From the NCBI GenBank assembly GCA_001662655.1, contig KV460287.1: a DNA stretch of 64,000 nucleotides, one strand, 5' to 3'. Below are positions 33,386 to 47,138 of this stretch, one piece after another. Origin of the DNA: Pseudogymnoascus verrucosus (Eukaryota). The stretch's first letter is position 1; the number at the start of each line of letters is the position of its first letter. Made by a program: the position numbers and the translations under genes. The notes beneath the pieces are model-generated. The model saw only the letters and a list, made by a program, of their open reading frames with translations, made no database searches and was not told where the DNA came from.

Positions 33386-36300
33386 CTATTCCTTCGCCGC
33401 TCCAGCATGACTCTGGCACCAATTCACCCAATCCACAAACAACCCCGCCGCCACCTTCTTCTCCCCCATCACCCACTGCACCTGCGTATCCCTATACACA
33501 CCCGCCACCTTCTTCACAAGCCTCTTATCAACCCTATAAAGACTACTCGCGACCAGCAAGCTCGCCGTGCTCGCCGCCTTCGCAAACGCATGACTCGCGT
33601 CCCTAGCAGCCTCCTCATGAATCTCCTTCAACAGCTCAATCCGCTCCAGGATATCGAAATCAGCCTTTTCCTCTCCCTCTTCCTCATCCCCATCTGCCTT
33701 ACCCCCCTTGGTCGCCTTCTTGAAGGCCGCGAGCACAGAGTGCGCACGCTCGCCAACCTGCTTCGTACCAGTCTCGCGCATGCATCTAAGAAGCGGCAGA
33801 ATGAGACCGTATGCCTCCACCTTCTCGGGTACGCGACGCACGTAGATCTCTAGCAGGTCCAGGATGCGGTTCTTAAGGTTGACGACCGTAGCGCGCGCGT
33901 CCTTGGCTTCTTGCTTCTTGTTCGGGACCTTCTTGCGCGCAGCGAAGATCTCAACTAGCTTCTCATCCAGCTGCAGCATCTCAGAGTCAGACATGTCGGA
34001 ATCGGATTCCGATTCCGCGGCAGCGTCTTCGTCGAGACGGTGCGTGTCCAGCGCGGCGGCGAGGGCTTTGTCGAGGGCTGCCATGTCGGCGTCCTCTCCG
34101 TCATCGGCGGCGTCGTCAGCATCGTCGCCGTTTGCGGAGATCATTTCCACGTCGGAGTCAAGCTCGTCGGAGTCAGAGCCTTCCTCGTCATCGTGGTCGT
34201 GTTCCTCATCGTCGTTCTGGTCGAAGAGTGCTTGCTGGCCCTTTGCGCTCTCGGCCGCGCCGAGGACATCTGTCATCAGGGCCAGTCCTTCGGCGGTGAT
34301 TTCGGTGGCGAAGGCTGTGAAGACGTGTTGTGCGACTTTGCGGAGGAGAAGGGATGATCTCGACATCAGGGATAGAAGGATTTCGACGAGCACCTGGGAC
34401 ACGTCCTGGCCCTCCTCGTCCTCCTTGCCGCGGATCAGCTTGTCGTAGCAGAGCTTGAGCTCGTCCAGAACGGACGCGGCGTCGGATTCGCCGTTGAGAA
34501 GCTGGAAGACTACCAAGGCGTAAAGGAGCGCCAGGGCCTCAAGCGAGACCTTCTCCTTCTCGGAAGCCTTCTTTGTCTTCTTGAGCAACTTCTCCATTGT
34601 GGCCAGAGCCTTGTCCTTAGCTGCCTCGACCTCGTCCTCCATCTCGACGGCATCGGTTTTCACGGACTGAAGTAGCTCAATCGGGTATGGGAAGCCCTTT
34701 GGATCGGAGATGAGGTGGGCGAAAGCGGACGTCAGGCGGCCGCGGAACATGGTCCTTGATGCCTCGGACAACTCCGGCTTGCACTTGAGGTGCTTCTTGG
34801 AGTATGAGAGTTTGCCGAGAGTGGGTAGACCAGTGGTCTTGACCCAGGTGGCATCAACGGACTCATCAGTGACGTTAACGCGGCGGATCATGGAGAGCAA
34901 GTAGTCTCCGAAGCACTGGCGGCGGGTCTCGGCGTCCTTGTCGCTCTCGCATCCCTCGATTTTCAGCGCTGGCTTGAGCAGAATGTCGACAACGGCCTCT
35001 GCATCCTTGCCAGAAGCCCAGCCGAGCATCTTATCAATGGTCTTCGTCTTCGTAACTTGGTCGAAGTTGTAGAATCCATTGCCGCCAATCAGTTTTGGCA
35101 GAACTGTAGGGATAGTATGAGGGTGGGCCTCGGCCATCTGTTGGACAGCTCTCAGACTCTTCTCAGCAGCGCGGTGCAAGAAGCGATCTTCTTGCGACAT
35201 GTGGTTGATAAGGCAGCGGACCAGGTTCGGGCTGAAAACGCTAACAAGGAGCTCCTTATAATCCGATGAGTCTGTAAGCATCTTCTGGAAAAGAAGGAAT
35301 CCCCAGAACTTGCGCTCTCGGGAAGCAGATGCCGAAAATAGATTCTCTGTTCAATCATTAGCATGGGTTTTGAATTAAGACATGGAAATTATTACCATCA
35401 ACAGCAACCTTCCAGAACTTCTCAAACTCATCCGCGACATCCTCGTCACCGGCCCTCGCACCAGCCACATACTGATCGACGATCATACCCCACACAAAGT
35501 GCAACTGCGGATTCCAGTTCCCAGTCTGCTTTGCCTGGCCCTCTCCCTCCGGCGACGAGCTCTCCTTCAGCGCCTTCCCCAGCGACTTCAGGTGCTCAAG
35601 CGGGTTCCCGCTGCTCCCCCACGGCTTCGGCGGGAACTTCATGTCCGGAAACTGACGACGCGCTGCGATCCAGATTCCGACACCCTCGGGCGACGCAGCC
35701 AAACCCGCCTCAAACAGTCTCTGCAGCGTCGTCTCGGCTTGGCTCTGAGACATTTGCGCTAGGGCTTCGACAACCACCCATCCGACTTCCTCTCTCAACC
35801 ATGGCTTCTTACCGCAAAGGTATATGAGCGAATCAAACACGACCTCCCATCTCTTCTCCTCGCCCGAGAAGAGGATCTTAGCTCTCACAAAGCATTGTAA
35901 TCCAAACAGCAGACCAAGCGCATGATCCTTCTCCTCCTGTCCACTCAGATCACCCTCCGGCTTCGTCTTCAGCTTCAGAATCTCAAGAACCTTATCAAAT
36001 CCCAATCCAGGATATTTATCCTCTTTCCCAAACATCTGTCCCAGCACCTCCGTCAACACAATACTAAATCCCAACCTCGCGCCCTTCCTCCCACTCGCCA
36101 ACCCTCTAAAAAGTCTCCTCTCCAAATGCCTCTGCATCGTCGTCTCCGACGCTCCCTCCCCCATCAAAAGCCCCGAAACAACCGCATCCGCAGCAGCGAG
36201 TCGCTCAGCCGCATCCTCGCTCGAGAGCTGATCATACAGCTGCACTTCGCGCTTAAGCTCTGGTCCCTTCGCATTGTCCACAAAGGGGAGTATGGGCAGC

Positions 36301-36452
36301 GGCTCGGCCTCGATTGCGGCTCTCTTCGCAGCGGCAGCTGATTTTCTCGTCTCCTTCTTGTTCGGGTCCTTCTTTGCCTCTTTGGCCTGTTTTTTAGCTG
36401 CAGGTGCACCAGCGGGTGCGTCCTGCGCTTGTCTCTTGTGTTTGCCGCCCAT
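33386..36452 (-). CDS. POL5: DNA polymerase phi / MYBBP1A-like rRNA biogenesis protein
   Basis: Intron 35395-35347; RRLFRGLASGRKGARLGFSIVLTE, LHFVW, NLVRCLINH, FDQVTKTKT, acidic tract, MLQLDEKLVEIF, KNRILDLLEIY. Confidence 0.9.
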
Positions 36453-37921
36453 TGTTGTTGCGTTTTTGCGTGGTGGTTGGTGGGCTGGATTGGCTTTCTG
36501 GTTTTAATCAAGTAGCGATTTATTTTGGTTTATCTTTTTTGGTGAGCTTTCTGCTAGCGGTTACCGCCTCGATTGGCGCCGGTTTAGGCGTAGCGTACAA
36601 GTCCTAAGTTTTAGACCCTTGTCTGCGAACTGGGTGGAGGCAACATCCGTTCGACCCACCAAATATTGTAAGTACCTTTATATAGTAAATTATATGTAAT
36701 GTGACTTGATGTAACAAGAAGATAGAAATGTAATAAAAACACATTAGACAACTACCTCAAACGCTCTATTAGTGTTCTTAAAATTCAATGGATAATATAT
36801 ATATATTCATACTATTTACGCTAGAAATATTTAAATTTTGTAGTATTATAAAGTTGTCAAGTACTAAAAAGGTTGTAAAATCGTCGCGATATTATAGATG
36901 TGAAGTTGTTGTATTTACTGTGCAAAATGACCCCAACGCACTTTCCTTCTACCCACGATTAATTGTAACTACAGTTAAGATGGAAGGCATAATAATTTCA
37001 ATCACGTTCCAAAGTAAAAGACAAGATGCTTCGAAAGTTTTCTCTCCTAAGTATCTCAACAACTAATGCTTCTCAATCCGACCCCTTCATATGATTTATC
37101 CCCACATGTACCGCCCCCCCCCCAAGGAGGGCCAATTTCTACAAAGATACATGGTTCAATACAGAGTAGTCGCTCTTCGCCCTCTGCAATAATCGCACAG
37201 CCCGTCTGAAATCTAAAAACTCGCCGACGGCTAAAAAACACAGCCCTATAGAACTTCCCCATCACTATAGAGGGAAAAGTAGAAAAGCTATGCAGTGTGG
37301 TGCAATGCAGATGTCAAAAGCGAACGCAAAAACAGGATCAAGAAGGGCCTCAAGTGAGACATCGTAGTTGGTGTGAGAGAACAAGGTGTGAGTGCGAGAG
37401 CTGGATGGTCTCATCCAGTATGTGCTCGCTTGGTCTGTTTTGAGAAACAAGTCGAGTCTTTAGACGTCAAGGAAATAGGTTTGTGGCCGACACGATGGTT
37501 GCGGCTATAGTATGGTGTATGGTGGAGAAGATAATTGCTGGAAATACCTAATCCGGGTGTGTTGGTTGGATAATGGCCATTGGCCATTGCGTGGTCGCGT
37601 ATAAAAGATCCACGGCGGGATTTAGAGTATGCAAATAAGATATTTGCAGAGCAGCTCCATAATGAAGTGCTGGTGGGGTATGGTAGAGTAGTCGTGGCGG
37701 ACAATGCAGCAGATGCAGAAGGTTGATAAGCTGGAGCAAAAGACGCAATAGTCGCTCAAATGCCATAAAGTCCATGTAAGGTTGTCATGTGCGCCATGCG
37801 AAGAAGGATGAATGAAACGCGGCTCGCTCAGTCGCTGAAAATGTGTTGAAGTCATATACCGGAACGCCAAAAGGAAAAAATATCAAAACTCCGGCCAATA
37901 AGAAACGAAGTCATGAGGAAA

Positions 37922-39731
37922 TTAATATGATGCCAAACGGCGACCATGGACGCGATTATCGTTCGGTATGGGGGATGAATCGAGCATCATAGTGTCGAAT
38001 GCTCTGCCTGATCGGCTCGGTCCTGTGGGGCTATCCTCGACGCCGCCATGCTGGCCGAAAGCAAAAGTTTGGGCACGGCTAAGCTTTCCTCTGTTCTGAC
38101 GAAGCCTGCCCATCTCACGCTCGCACGTGAACGCATGCTCCTTATCATCCATCTCAACGTAGTTTTGTGGGTAGCATCGGTCACGATGGTCGGAGAAGAA
38201 GGCGCTGTAGCCTCCGTCAAGGATGTAGACCTCGGGATAAGTTAACCTAGGATAATGCTCAATGTTTGTCGTGCGATCTTGCTGGCGAACATGGCGCGCC
38301 ATGATCGGAGCCCGATGGGCAGAGTATTCGCAGTGGAATATTAGGAGCGTGTTCTCGGTCGTGTTGGCGAATAGTTCGCCTGTCAACATCTCTTTATCAT
38401 TATAGTTGACAGCGCCATTGATATGACCGCCGTTGTATTCATACTCGAATCGACAGTCAATAACCATTCGCTTCTTGTAATTGTTGTCGAACTTTCCCTC
38501 CAGAATATCGACAAGGGTATCCTTCGTAATTCTTGGGATGCTGTCCGGTTGTCCCTCCTGGAAGAAATGGGGTAGCACTGGCTGGTGCTGCTCGTCAACG
38601 TCCATGACAGATTGAAGGGCGGTGGATGAGCATGTGGGCGGCTCTTTCCTTTGGGTCATGATATCCGCTGGGTTCTCAAACATGCTCAAAGACCGACGAA
38701 ACTGCTTCCTAGGGCGAAAGAGGGGGTTTGACGGGCGGCGTGCATGGCTGATAGGTGAGCCGTTGCGAACAACAGATATGCTTAATGATGACTGCTTTGT
38801 TCTCTGGGGAGGGATAACTGCGATTGTAGGATTACTTGAAACCGCCATTCTCTTCTCCTGGGGAGGGGACTCCATGAAGCACTCTCCAAGCGACATGGAG
38901 GTCGACGTTGACAGCTTGCTGCTTCCTGCACCAAAGCGGAAAGGAGGCAGCTGCATCTCAGGGCGTGATCGTTGTGGTACGGCACCTGTTGAGTGTCCCT
39001 TTGTCCTCGCTAGTCCTGGTCGTAGCAATATCGATTTCCTCCTCCTATAACAATGATCAGAAACTTGCACCGTGGATGTATGAGATGAGAACTTACTCGG
39101 GCATGAACGGAGCTGGCTTGGGAAGCTCTGCTACATTCGGACGCGGGGGAGACGATCGAAGGGTCATCTCATGTTCGTTTGTCTGAGGTGGGCATGGAGA
39201 CTGGGCCTCGATCTGGACTGAGTAAGGAGCTTTATGAGGCAACGGAGACACGTCCATAGATTCGTAGAATGGCCCCGGAGACGACGATTGCAGTGGGGGC
39301 GTGGTAACGCTCTCTGCTAGTTGTTAGCAGCTTCCCCATACTGTCTCACGGACCTATCTTACCACGGCTATCCAGTGTACCAAAGATGTTTGCTGTGAAC
39401 AGAGACCGACGGGGAGTTGGCAGCTGAGGGCTGGGAAACGGTTAGCACAGATACGCCTGGGTGTATAGAATTGAACATGCCTCATATCAATATGAAAGTT
39501 CTGGGACAAATCGGCTGCCAGGCTGGTCGTAGGGGAGGAGCCTCGAATGGTCTTCAGGGAGAAGTACTCCGGGGTAGGCCTCTTCATGCTCAGATCTCTA
39601 AAATTGAATGCTCCTGGACCAAAGCTATTGGTTGCCGACAGATTGGAATTGCCACGGCTGTACATGTCTCTGCAGTTCCATGGCATGAGGGAGGGAGGCT
39701 GCATTGCAGCCAAAGGTGAGGAGGCTTCCAT
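37922..39731 (-). CDS. CDC25: M-phase inducer phosphatase (Cdc25/Mih1/NimT)
   Basis: IDCRFEYEYNGGHINGAVN, catalytic FHCEYSAHRAP, YPEVYILDGGYSAFF; N-terminal MEASSPLAAM and SLAADLSQNFHID; about three short introns between 39050 and 39480 (boundaries approximate). Confidence 0.95.
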
Positions 39732-42700
39732 GATGGCAGCAAATTGTAACACGGCTCCCACAATTGTGTCGGGGCCGGATTGCAATATATATGGAGAAGT
39801 AGTATATGGGCGTTATTCGAATGTTCTGACGACAGACGAATGTAATCGTTACAAGCCAATTAACTATGAACGCTGCGTAGGAAAAAGTGCAGGACAGGAG
39901 CAAGAGATGCAATGCCAAGGTACGTTCGACGTATCCTGTAGTTATATAGAATGCCAGGCCGGGTGGAGGTATGGACGAAGCTATATTTTATTATTGAATC
40001 AACGTCTCAGACATTGATTGATGCTTGTGGGTAGGTCGTTGAGCTGGATAACTGTGGGGAAGGTCGGGGACGGGTTTCGGGGTCGTATATCGTAGGAATT
40101 GGTCGTGGTGGTTGATGTACGGGGTCGTTCTGACGGTCGGTCCGGTGGGTGGTCTTTTGTCGAATTTGATGGTCCTCGCTGTCGGTCGGTCTTGTCGGTC
40201 GGTGATTGTCGTCGTCGATATTGAAGTTCCCACTAGGAAGGTTGGGAGGAGACCTTCGAAGTGGTATCCTTCGTCGTCGATTGAGAGGTTGACGAGGACT
40301 GGCTGGCGGTGGAAAGAAGAGAGGGAAAGGGAAAGGGAAGGATTGAGGTGAGGAGACGGAGGAGTTTTGAATGGGACCAGGTCGGCCGTCCGTCTCCAAG
40401 TCGACGAGAGGAGTGGGTAAGGATGCAGCGAACAAAGGACTGGCACTGGACGACAGGAAGTCGGCGACGGTGCCTGTCCCTGTCGAGTTTGTGTTGTCAG
40501 GGCAATTATTCGGTCTAGGGTACTTCCTTGCATCAAAGTTGCATCAAAGGCTGAGGTACTCTTACTCTAGCGTGGGTTGGGGATGGGAATGGAAGGAAGG
40601 TAGTGGGTGAGTACCTGTGTGAATGGATTGGTAGGAATTCATATGATTGTGCCATGCATTATGCTAGGATAACTAGACCAGGGGTACATCAGCGTGACCA
40701 CAACCAACCATGTTTCCCAGCTGGAGATCGCTGCACAAGTACATAACATGCATACGTGCATATTGTATACATGCACAGAGCATTTTACAGCGTCTCAGCG
40801 TCTCATACAGGGCAATTGTACAGGGCATCACAGGGCATGTTACAGGGCACTCACCACTCACAGACTCACACTCTCTCACTAAACTACTACTATACCACTC
40901 TAGCGCCCTCGTCGTCGTCGATTTTATCTTCGTTGCTCAGCTGAAAAATGCACCGCCGCCGCCTGTACCTTAGCTTCTTTAAGCGCCGCCTGTCTTTCTC
41001 TCCCAGCAAAAACCCACTTGGTCTGTTGTTATCACGTCTGACTGGCTGTTTGGTGGGCACCCGGACATTTCGATGTACTCTCCAGACTCCTTCTGTCTTC
41101 ACAAAAGTGAACAAACGTGGATCGATGGATCGATGGAGCGATGGAACCATGAGGCGCCGTTGCTAAGGGGAATCGGGAGGGGAATCGGAAAGGGAATCAC
41201 AGCCTTGTACGGCCAAGAAACGTGGTGACATACTAAACAGTGTACAGTGCAGTACAGACTATACTCTATACTCTATACGCTCTACTCTACTCTGCTGCAG
41301 TAGCTGGAGTGCGTAGCTTGGGGTACGTACGACATCATCAGCAACGGCCTCTCCGATGAAACTACTCTCCGATCTTGGCTGACTGTCTGTCCGTCTTGTC
41401 TGTCTGTGCCGTATGCTACAACGAGTACATACACAACTGTACTGCTCTCCATGACCACAAGAACTTCAAAATCGAAATTAATCTGTTCCATCGCGTTTGC
41501 ATCTTCCCCATATTCGCCCCATCAAAAAGATCTCTGAGGGCCTGCAACGCACTGGCCCGTTGAGATTGAACGAACGCAGCTCTGAGACCCCCAAGACCCA
41601 AGAGTTCCCATCATGCGCTCCACGATGGTCTTACTTCTCATGTTTCAACGCTTTGATGCCCACCGGGTTCTGTCTACAAGAATAGAGTTACAATCATGGG
41701 GTATTCCATGGGCCAGACGAAACAATGTCCCGGAATGAGCTGCTCTATGGAGTGCGCTGATAAGCCTTATGGAACTGCCCCATGGAACTGCCCCATGCTC
41801 AAGCTCAGAGGTTGCAAAGCTACAAACCTGTTCCAGAGCTGTGATTTGCCCGTCTTCTTTGGGCAAAATAGATTGCTGATGTGATCAACACCCCCGAGAT
41901 TCCGTCCACAAGCGGTTATAATATTGCTAACTGAAATAATACTCCGAATGGGCTGATAGTGGAGGATCGTGAGGAACGCCAATTCGCAGCCCGCGCTTCC
42001 CAAACATCTCTCTCCCAATCGATCAACACCATGTGCATCTGACGCCTGTTGGTTTCTGAGATGAGCAGAGACCACCCAGAACGATCATTTCGCGTCATGC
42101 CACATTGCCAATGGACTAAGCGCCGATCAGCCCTCGAGTGGGATCTGGCTCTAACGCGAATCTTGGAATTTAGTTTCTTTCGGCCTAGGATGCAAATACT
42201 ACACTGGGGTTCTCGCATGATTCAATCGAGCCCAGCTCCGTCCCTGCGACGATTCTCGACGAAACCGGACAGCGCGTGGCGCCTCGAAGGGACAGCGCCC
42301 TTTCGAGCTTCCTTTTCCTTTTCCCATCTATACACCATCGCCGTCGCGCCCGCTTTTTCTCCCGTAAGTGAGACACATCCAGCAATGCCAGCATTGCCCA
42401 TTTTGCGCCACGAACCGCAAGACATGCGGCTTACGGAGTAGCTCGTCTCGTCATCCGTGCCAAACACCAATGGCGAGCTGCGTCACGTCCAAGCAACCGC
42501 TTACCCTCCCTGATTTAGACACAGCTTCCTGAACTGCCAATATTTACCCGGACCACCACAACCCCTCCAACCGACGCGCCGTGACTCCCACCACCCAGGA
42601 CGATGATCAAACCCCGATAAGTGAGGGGAAATCGAAACATGCCTGCTCACCGCTGTATTCCCTGTGTTGCACTATTTCAATAGAGCCGCTGTGCCACCGT

Positions 42701-44040
42701 CGCTGCTGCTGCCAGCGGCCCTGCTGTGGCCACGCGCGGGCAGTAAAAGAAGTTGCTCACCCTCGGTTAGACGTGTCACGAAAAATGTAAACAAAACATT
42801 GCAGGGGTAAGTCTCAGTCGCGCCCAGTCGCCAAATCTCGCGCAATCACGGGACTTTGAACCACCTTAAACCACCCAAAAAGGTTCCAACGATTAATTAA
42901 CTCCGAGACCGCGGTAGGCGACCTGTTCGATTTGGAGCTCTCCCCTCTCTCTCACCTTCCAAATCAGCCCGGTCTCAGAGGCCCCCGCGCGACCCTCTCC
43001 GAGTAAACGGGACTGTCGCAGAGCATGCGATTACTGTAAGTCAAAAGTCAAACCTCCACTCTCTTCCCTCGCGTCGATCCGCACGCCGCCACACACCCAG
43101 CCTGGCCGCAGCGGTCCGAATTCCCACCCTCGTTGCCATAGCATCCTCGATCTGCAGCCTCTGCAGCGCAACAGCACGGCAACCACGTCGCATCCACTCT
43201 CGCTCCTTCGGGCTGCTGCAGCCTCCAGCGCCCGCAGTAGACTGCTGCGTGACCCGATTGCGATTACAAGCTATGTACTCTATCCGCCGCAATCTGGGTG
43301 GTGGGCGAAAATGAATGTAACCTTGGGACAGCGCCTGCTTGCGGCAGATATACGATGCACATGTTTCATGCATTTCCTTCGCATGCAGCTGTGGCGTGCA
43401 TAGGGCGAATGCTTCGACGGGACCCTTTAAAATTCTCACGATTCCATTTCCCTCAATTCAAGGTCTCCTGATATGCGTCGCAGTCCCCTTCCTAACAGTT
43501 TCCGGCTTGCTCGTGACATTTTCCAAGGGGAAGGGTGGTGATTCCACGCCGTCAGACGGGTACGTGAGACGTGGAATGGCCCTCCCGCGCTGCTTCCGGC
43601 GTTATCCTGCTTATCGGGTGAGACAATCCGCTGAATGCGGCCGCACGGCACGTGTTTTTCGACGGGTTGGGAGGTTAAGGGCTTCGCGTTTTTGCAGGAA
43701 CAGGGACGATATAGATCACGCGTTTGGGAAGGCAGGGACGATATAGATCATGCTTTTCCTGAAAACGGTGGGAAGGGTGCGCGTTTTTGTATGCAGGGCT
43801 TCGTGTTTGTTTGGTGGCTTGGAATAAACATGGAACACGCGTGAGCCCTTATGATATGACGCCGTGGACGTGAATAGCTTTTCGATGGTATACAGAGTGC
43901 TCTCATTCTACCCCCCCTAAGTTTGCAAACCTCCTTTCAAGCATCTAGATATAAAAGTTACAATCTCCTAGCCAAGCCTACAGCACCACCATTCCAAAAC
44001 CACCACCTAGCCATGAACCCTATAAACCCCCTTTAGAGTA

Positions 44041-46354
44041 TTACATCCCACCCCCCTCCCCCTGACCCTCCTCCTGCCCACCCTCAACCCCATGAAACGC
44101 CTCCCCAAACGCGCTGTCATCAACCAAATCCATCCCTCCCTCCATCTCCTCAAACTCCCCGAGCTCCCCAGCCGTATCCAGATCATCTAGACCCGAGAAA
44201 TCCACCGGCTCAGCCGCCTCACTAACCCTCGGCGTAGAAGCAGCTGTCACCCCCAGCGCGGCGGGCGTGCCCACCTGCGCGCCTCCAGTAGCAGCTGGTG
44301 GAGCGAGTGCGGGTGCTGTAGGCGTAGCTGCCGCTGATTGGGGGGCGCTTTGGGGAGCGTAGGTTTGTTCCCCAGCCGGTGCAGGTGCAGATGGCGCAGG
44401 AACAGGGACAGGGGTAGGAGCCTGGCTCTGTGCCTGGGCAACTGGTGGTGCAACCCCCGTCGGCGACACGCCGCCTGGGGGCACGACGACCCAGTCGCCC
44501 GCCTCAGACTTCTCTGCCTCCTGTGCCGTGCCGCCCATCTCCACATCCGGCTGCTGCTGCGCCGGACTAGGGGCGGAGGAGTTCACAGTCGACAACCCCT
44601 GGATGTGATGCGGTGTGTAGCTATTCCCGGGCGTGGTAGCGGCGCTAAAGCCGGTGTGGAATTGATCCAGCAGACCGGCCGCGGATCCCATATCCAGCTC
44701 GTGGTCCGCGGCGAGGAGGCTGCTGTGCGCGCTGCGTGGGCTAGGGGCTTGTGGCGAAGCGACCTCGCTGGGGACGTAGGGCGCGGGTTCGGGGGATGGC
44801 TGGCGCTCTTGGAGACCGCCGTCGTGGAGGCGGCGGAGCTCTTTGACAGCTGCGGTGTGGAGTCCGAGGGAGGCTTCGAGCTGTGCGACGATGTTGTCGA
44901 CTTTTGCGGCTGTGGAGAGCGCGGGGGCGGGCTCTTCAGAGTCGGAGTCGTCGTTGGAGGGGAGCTTGCCCTCGAGACGCCAGTACTCGGTGCCGACGTC
45001 AGATGGGTCGTTAACGGCGGTTCGTAGGGCCTTCTCGGCTTCAGTTACAGTGCCGTTCTTGGCGAGCTTTGCCATACGCCTCGCGTGACGTCTCTTGAGC
45101 TTCTCAATCTCCTTGTTGTCTGCCTCAATCTTCTCAGCGGCCCTCTTTCTAAATTCATCCGCCTTGCCGGGATCTAGACGACCAATGTACTCGTTCTCGC
45201 CGCCTTTTCCTTCCTCAATATACTTTGCAGAGTTGTATGTCTCGAAGATGCCATTGGTGACCTTCTTCAACTCGCCGCCAAGGCCGAGGCCAAGGTCCAC
45301 GGGCACAAGATGGTGGATGGGGATGGGCGAGTTGATAACCTCCTCCATCCACTCGTGGTTCTGGATGTACCTGCTCTGGCTCACTTCCCTTGGTGTCATA
45401 TGATCAAACATATCACCTCGGGACGTATCCTCCTCATCATCCATCATCTCCACAGGCGCAGCCTGAGCAGCCGCATGCTGCTGGTTTGGCTGGGTGCGCG
45501 CGCGCTTTGGTGCTGGCCCTGGCGTCATGTGCTGAGCCGGGTATGCCATCTGCTGCGGCGTGCGTGTCTGCATAGGGCTGAAGTACGCAGGTGCTCGCTG
45601 TGGTGCCCTGCCTGGGAACTGGATCTGCGGCCACTTGCTGCGGTCGTGGAGCATGAACTCCTTCTGCTGGATCTGTCCCTGGCTCTGGAGATAGGCGCGC
45701 GTCTGCATCATAGACTGGATGCGCATGTCGGTGGGGATGACATTGGTAGGCACACGGTCTCCAGGGCTGGCTGGGTAGTAATGTGTAACCCAGAGACTTG
45801 GGTCTGGTGCTGGGCCGCCTGGGTTTGGGAATTTCCCAGGGACTAGTCTGTATCGTCTTCTAGCATGTGTCGCGACCGCATCGCCAGGCGCAAATCCTGC
45901 CTTGTGCTGATATATCTCGAGCACCTAAAGCTGTTAGTACTCGCAAGTAAATGCTGTAGAGGGCAACATACAAAGTTATCCACGGGCATCGCATAAACCG
46001 TCTCGGCCCCCGCCCAAATGTAACCATCGCTTGCGAAGTTGGTCCCCGCCTGTGCCTCCGGCTGCCACGTCAAGAGGATCAGTCCATCCTGAGGGCGCTC
46101 CAGATATGTCCAGTAGAATGGTGCGCTCGAGTTAGCAATCTTGGGCGCGGAAAGCAGCCAGTCGGCGATCTTGCTCTGGTGAACCGTTTGGAGTGTCGGA
46201 AAACGATAGACGGAGAGACAGTGGACATGGGGGAGCTGTGGAATATATCAGCCACATGGTTCAGCCACGGGAGGATGGTGATGGGAGTGAAGTAAGTTGA
46301 TTGGCAAAGGGGACTTACGAGCTCAGGAGCGATCCCCTGGGCCGGATTCTGCAT
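44041..46354 (-). CDS. SSR4: SWI/SNF and RSC subunit Ssr4-like protein
   Basis: Starts MQNPAQGIAPEL with several short introns between 45925 and 46320 (approximate); HARRRYRL, LWVTHY, EEDTSRGDMFDHMTPREVS..RYIQNHEWMEE are recalled from the Ssr4/DUF1750 family. Confidence 0.75.
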
Positions 46355-47138
46355 CGCGGCAAATCAATTCGGTAGATGCTTAATTGTGGGAGCCTGTTGA
46401 TTCTAATTAAATGGGCTTGGATAATAACAATCGTGGGATAAAGCGGGCGCGATTGTGAACGATTGTCAACGATTGTCGATAACTTGCCCCAGACGCGAGG
46501 CTCGAGGTTTCGCGACAACTTCAACTTCAAATGCACGGATCAACTTTTAGCGTATATGTCACGTGGTCAATATCAGGATGCTACCGGCGGCTGGCTAGCC
46601 TCCAAATTTATCCAGGACAAGCTCAAGCTTAATTTTGACGAGTGTATATAACATCTCTATTGCTTCCAGATGTCCTTTGCCCCATAGGTGTCTAGTTGGG
46701 CGCGATGGATTACAGTATGGTGGAAGCCGATGGCTTTTCTCGCAGGGTTTACTAGTATGATATTATGGATCCACGACAACCATGGGGACAGTATTTCTAC
46801 CGAACAGGATATTGAGATTTCTTAAAGAGGACTTTAATTACATAAACTTATATGGTTTAGTGGTAAATTTTCAGTCGTAGTTGGTATGGGTAGGTTAAGG
46901 GATGTAGAGTTGATTAATTTAAAAAGATTATATGAAATAAAAATGAAATTCCAAAATAGCTGGGATTTTAAAACAATTTATATATCTTCAACCCCTCAAA
47001 ATAAAATTGTACCAATATGACGCACAAGCGAGCATTGTTCATTTGGCGGCATCCAGCTTAGGCGGCCGTGTTAGATCTTTCATTAGACGCATGATCTCTA
47101 AATCCGGCGTACATCTGCATATAACTCCATCAAAGTCT

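Noticed and set aside
36660..37060. AT-rich island (also 46830-47010)
   Set aside because: No termini, repeats or coding remnants visible; treated as ordinary intergenic sequence.
39991..43844. Many 60-180 aa ORFs upstream of cdc25
   Set aside because: Overlapping, low complexity, often non-ATG starts, no recognisable domains.
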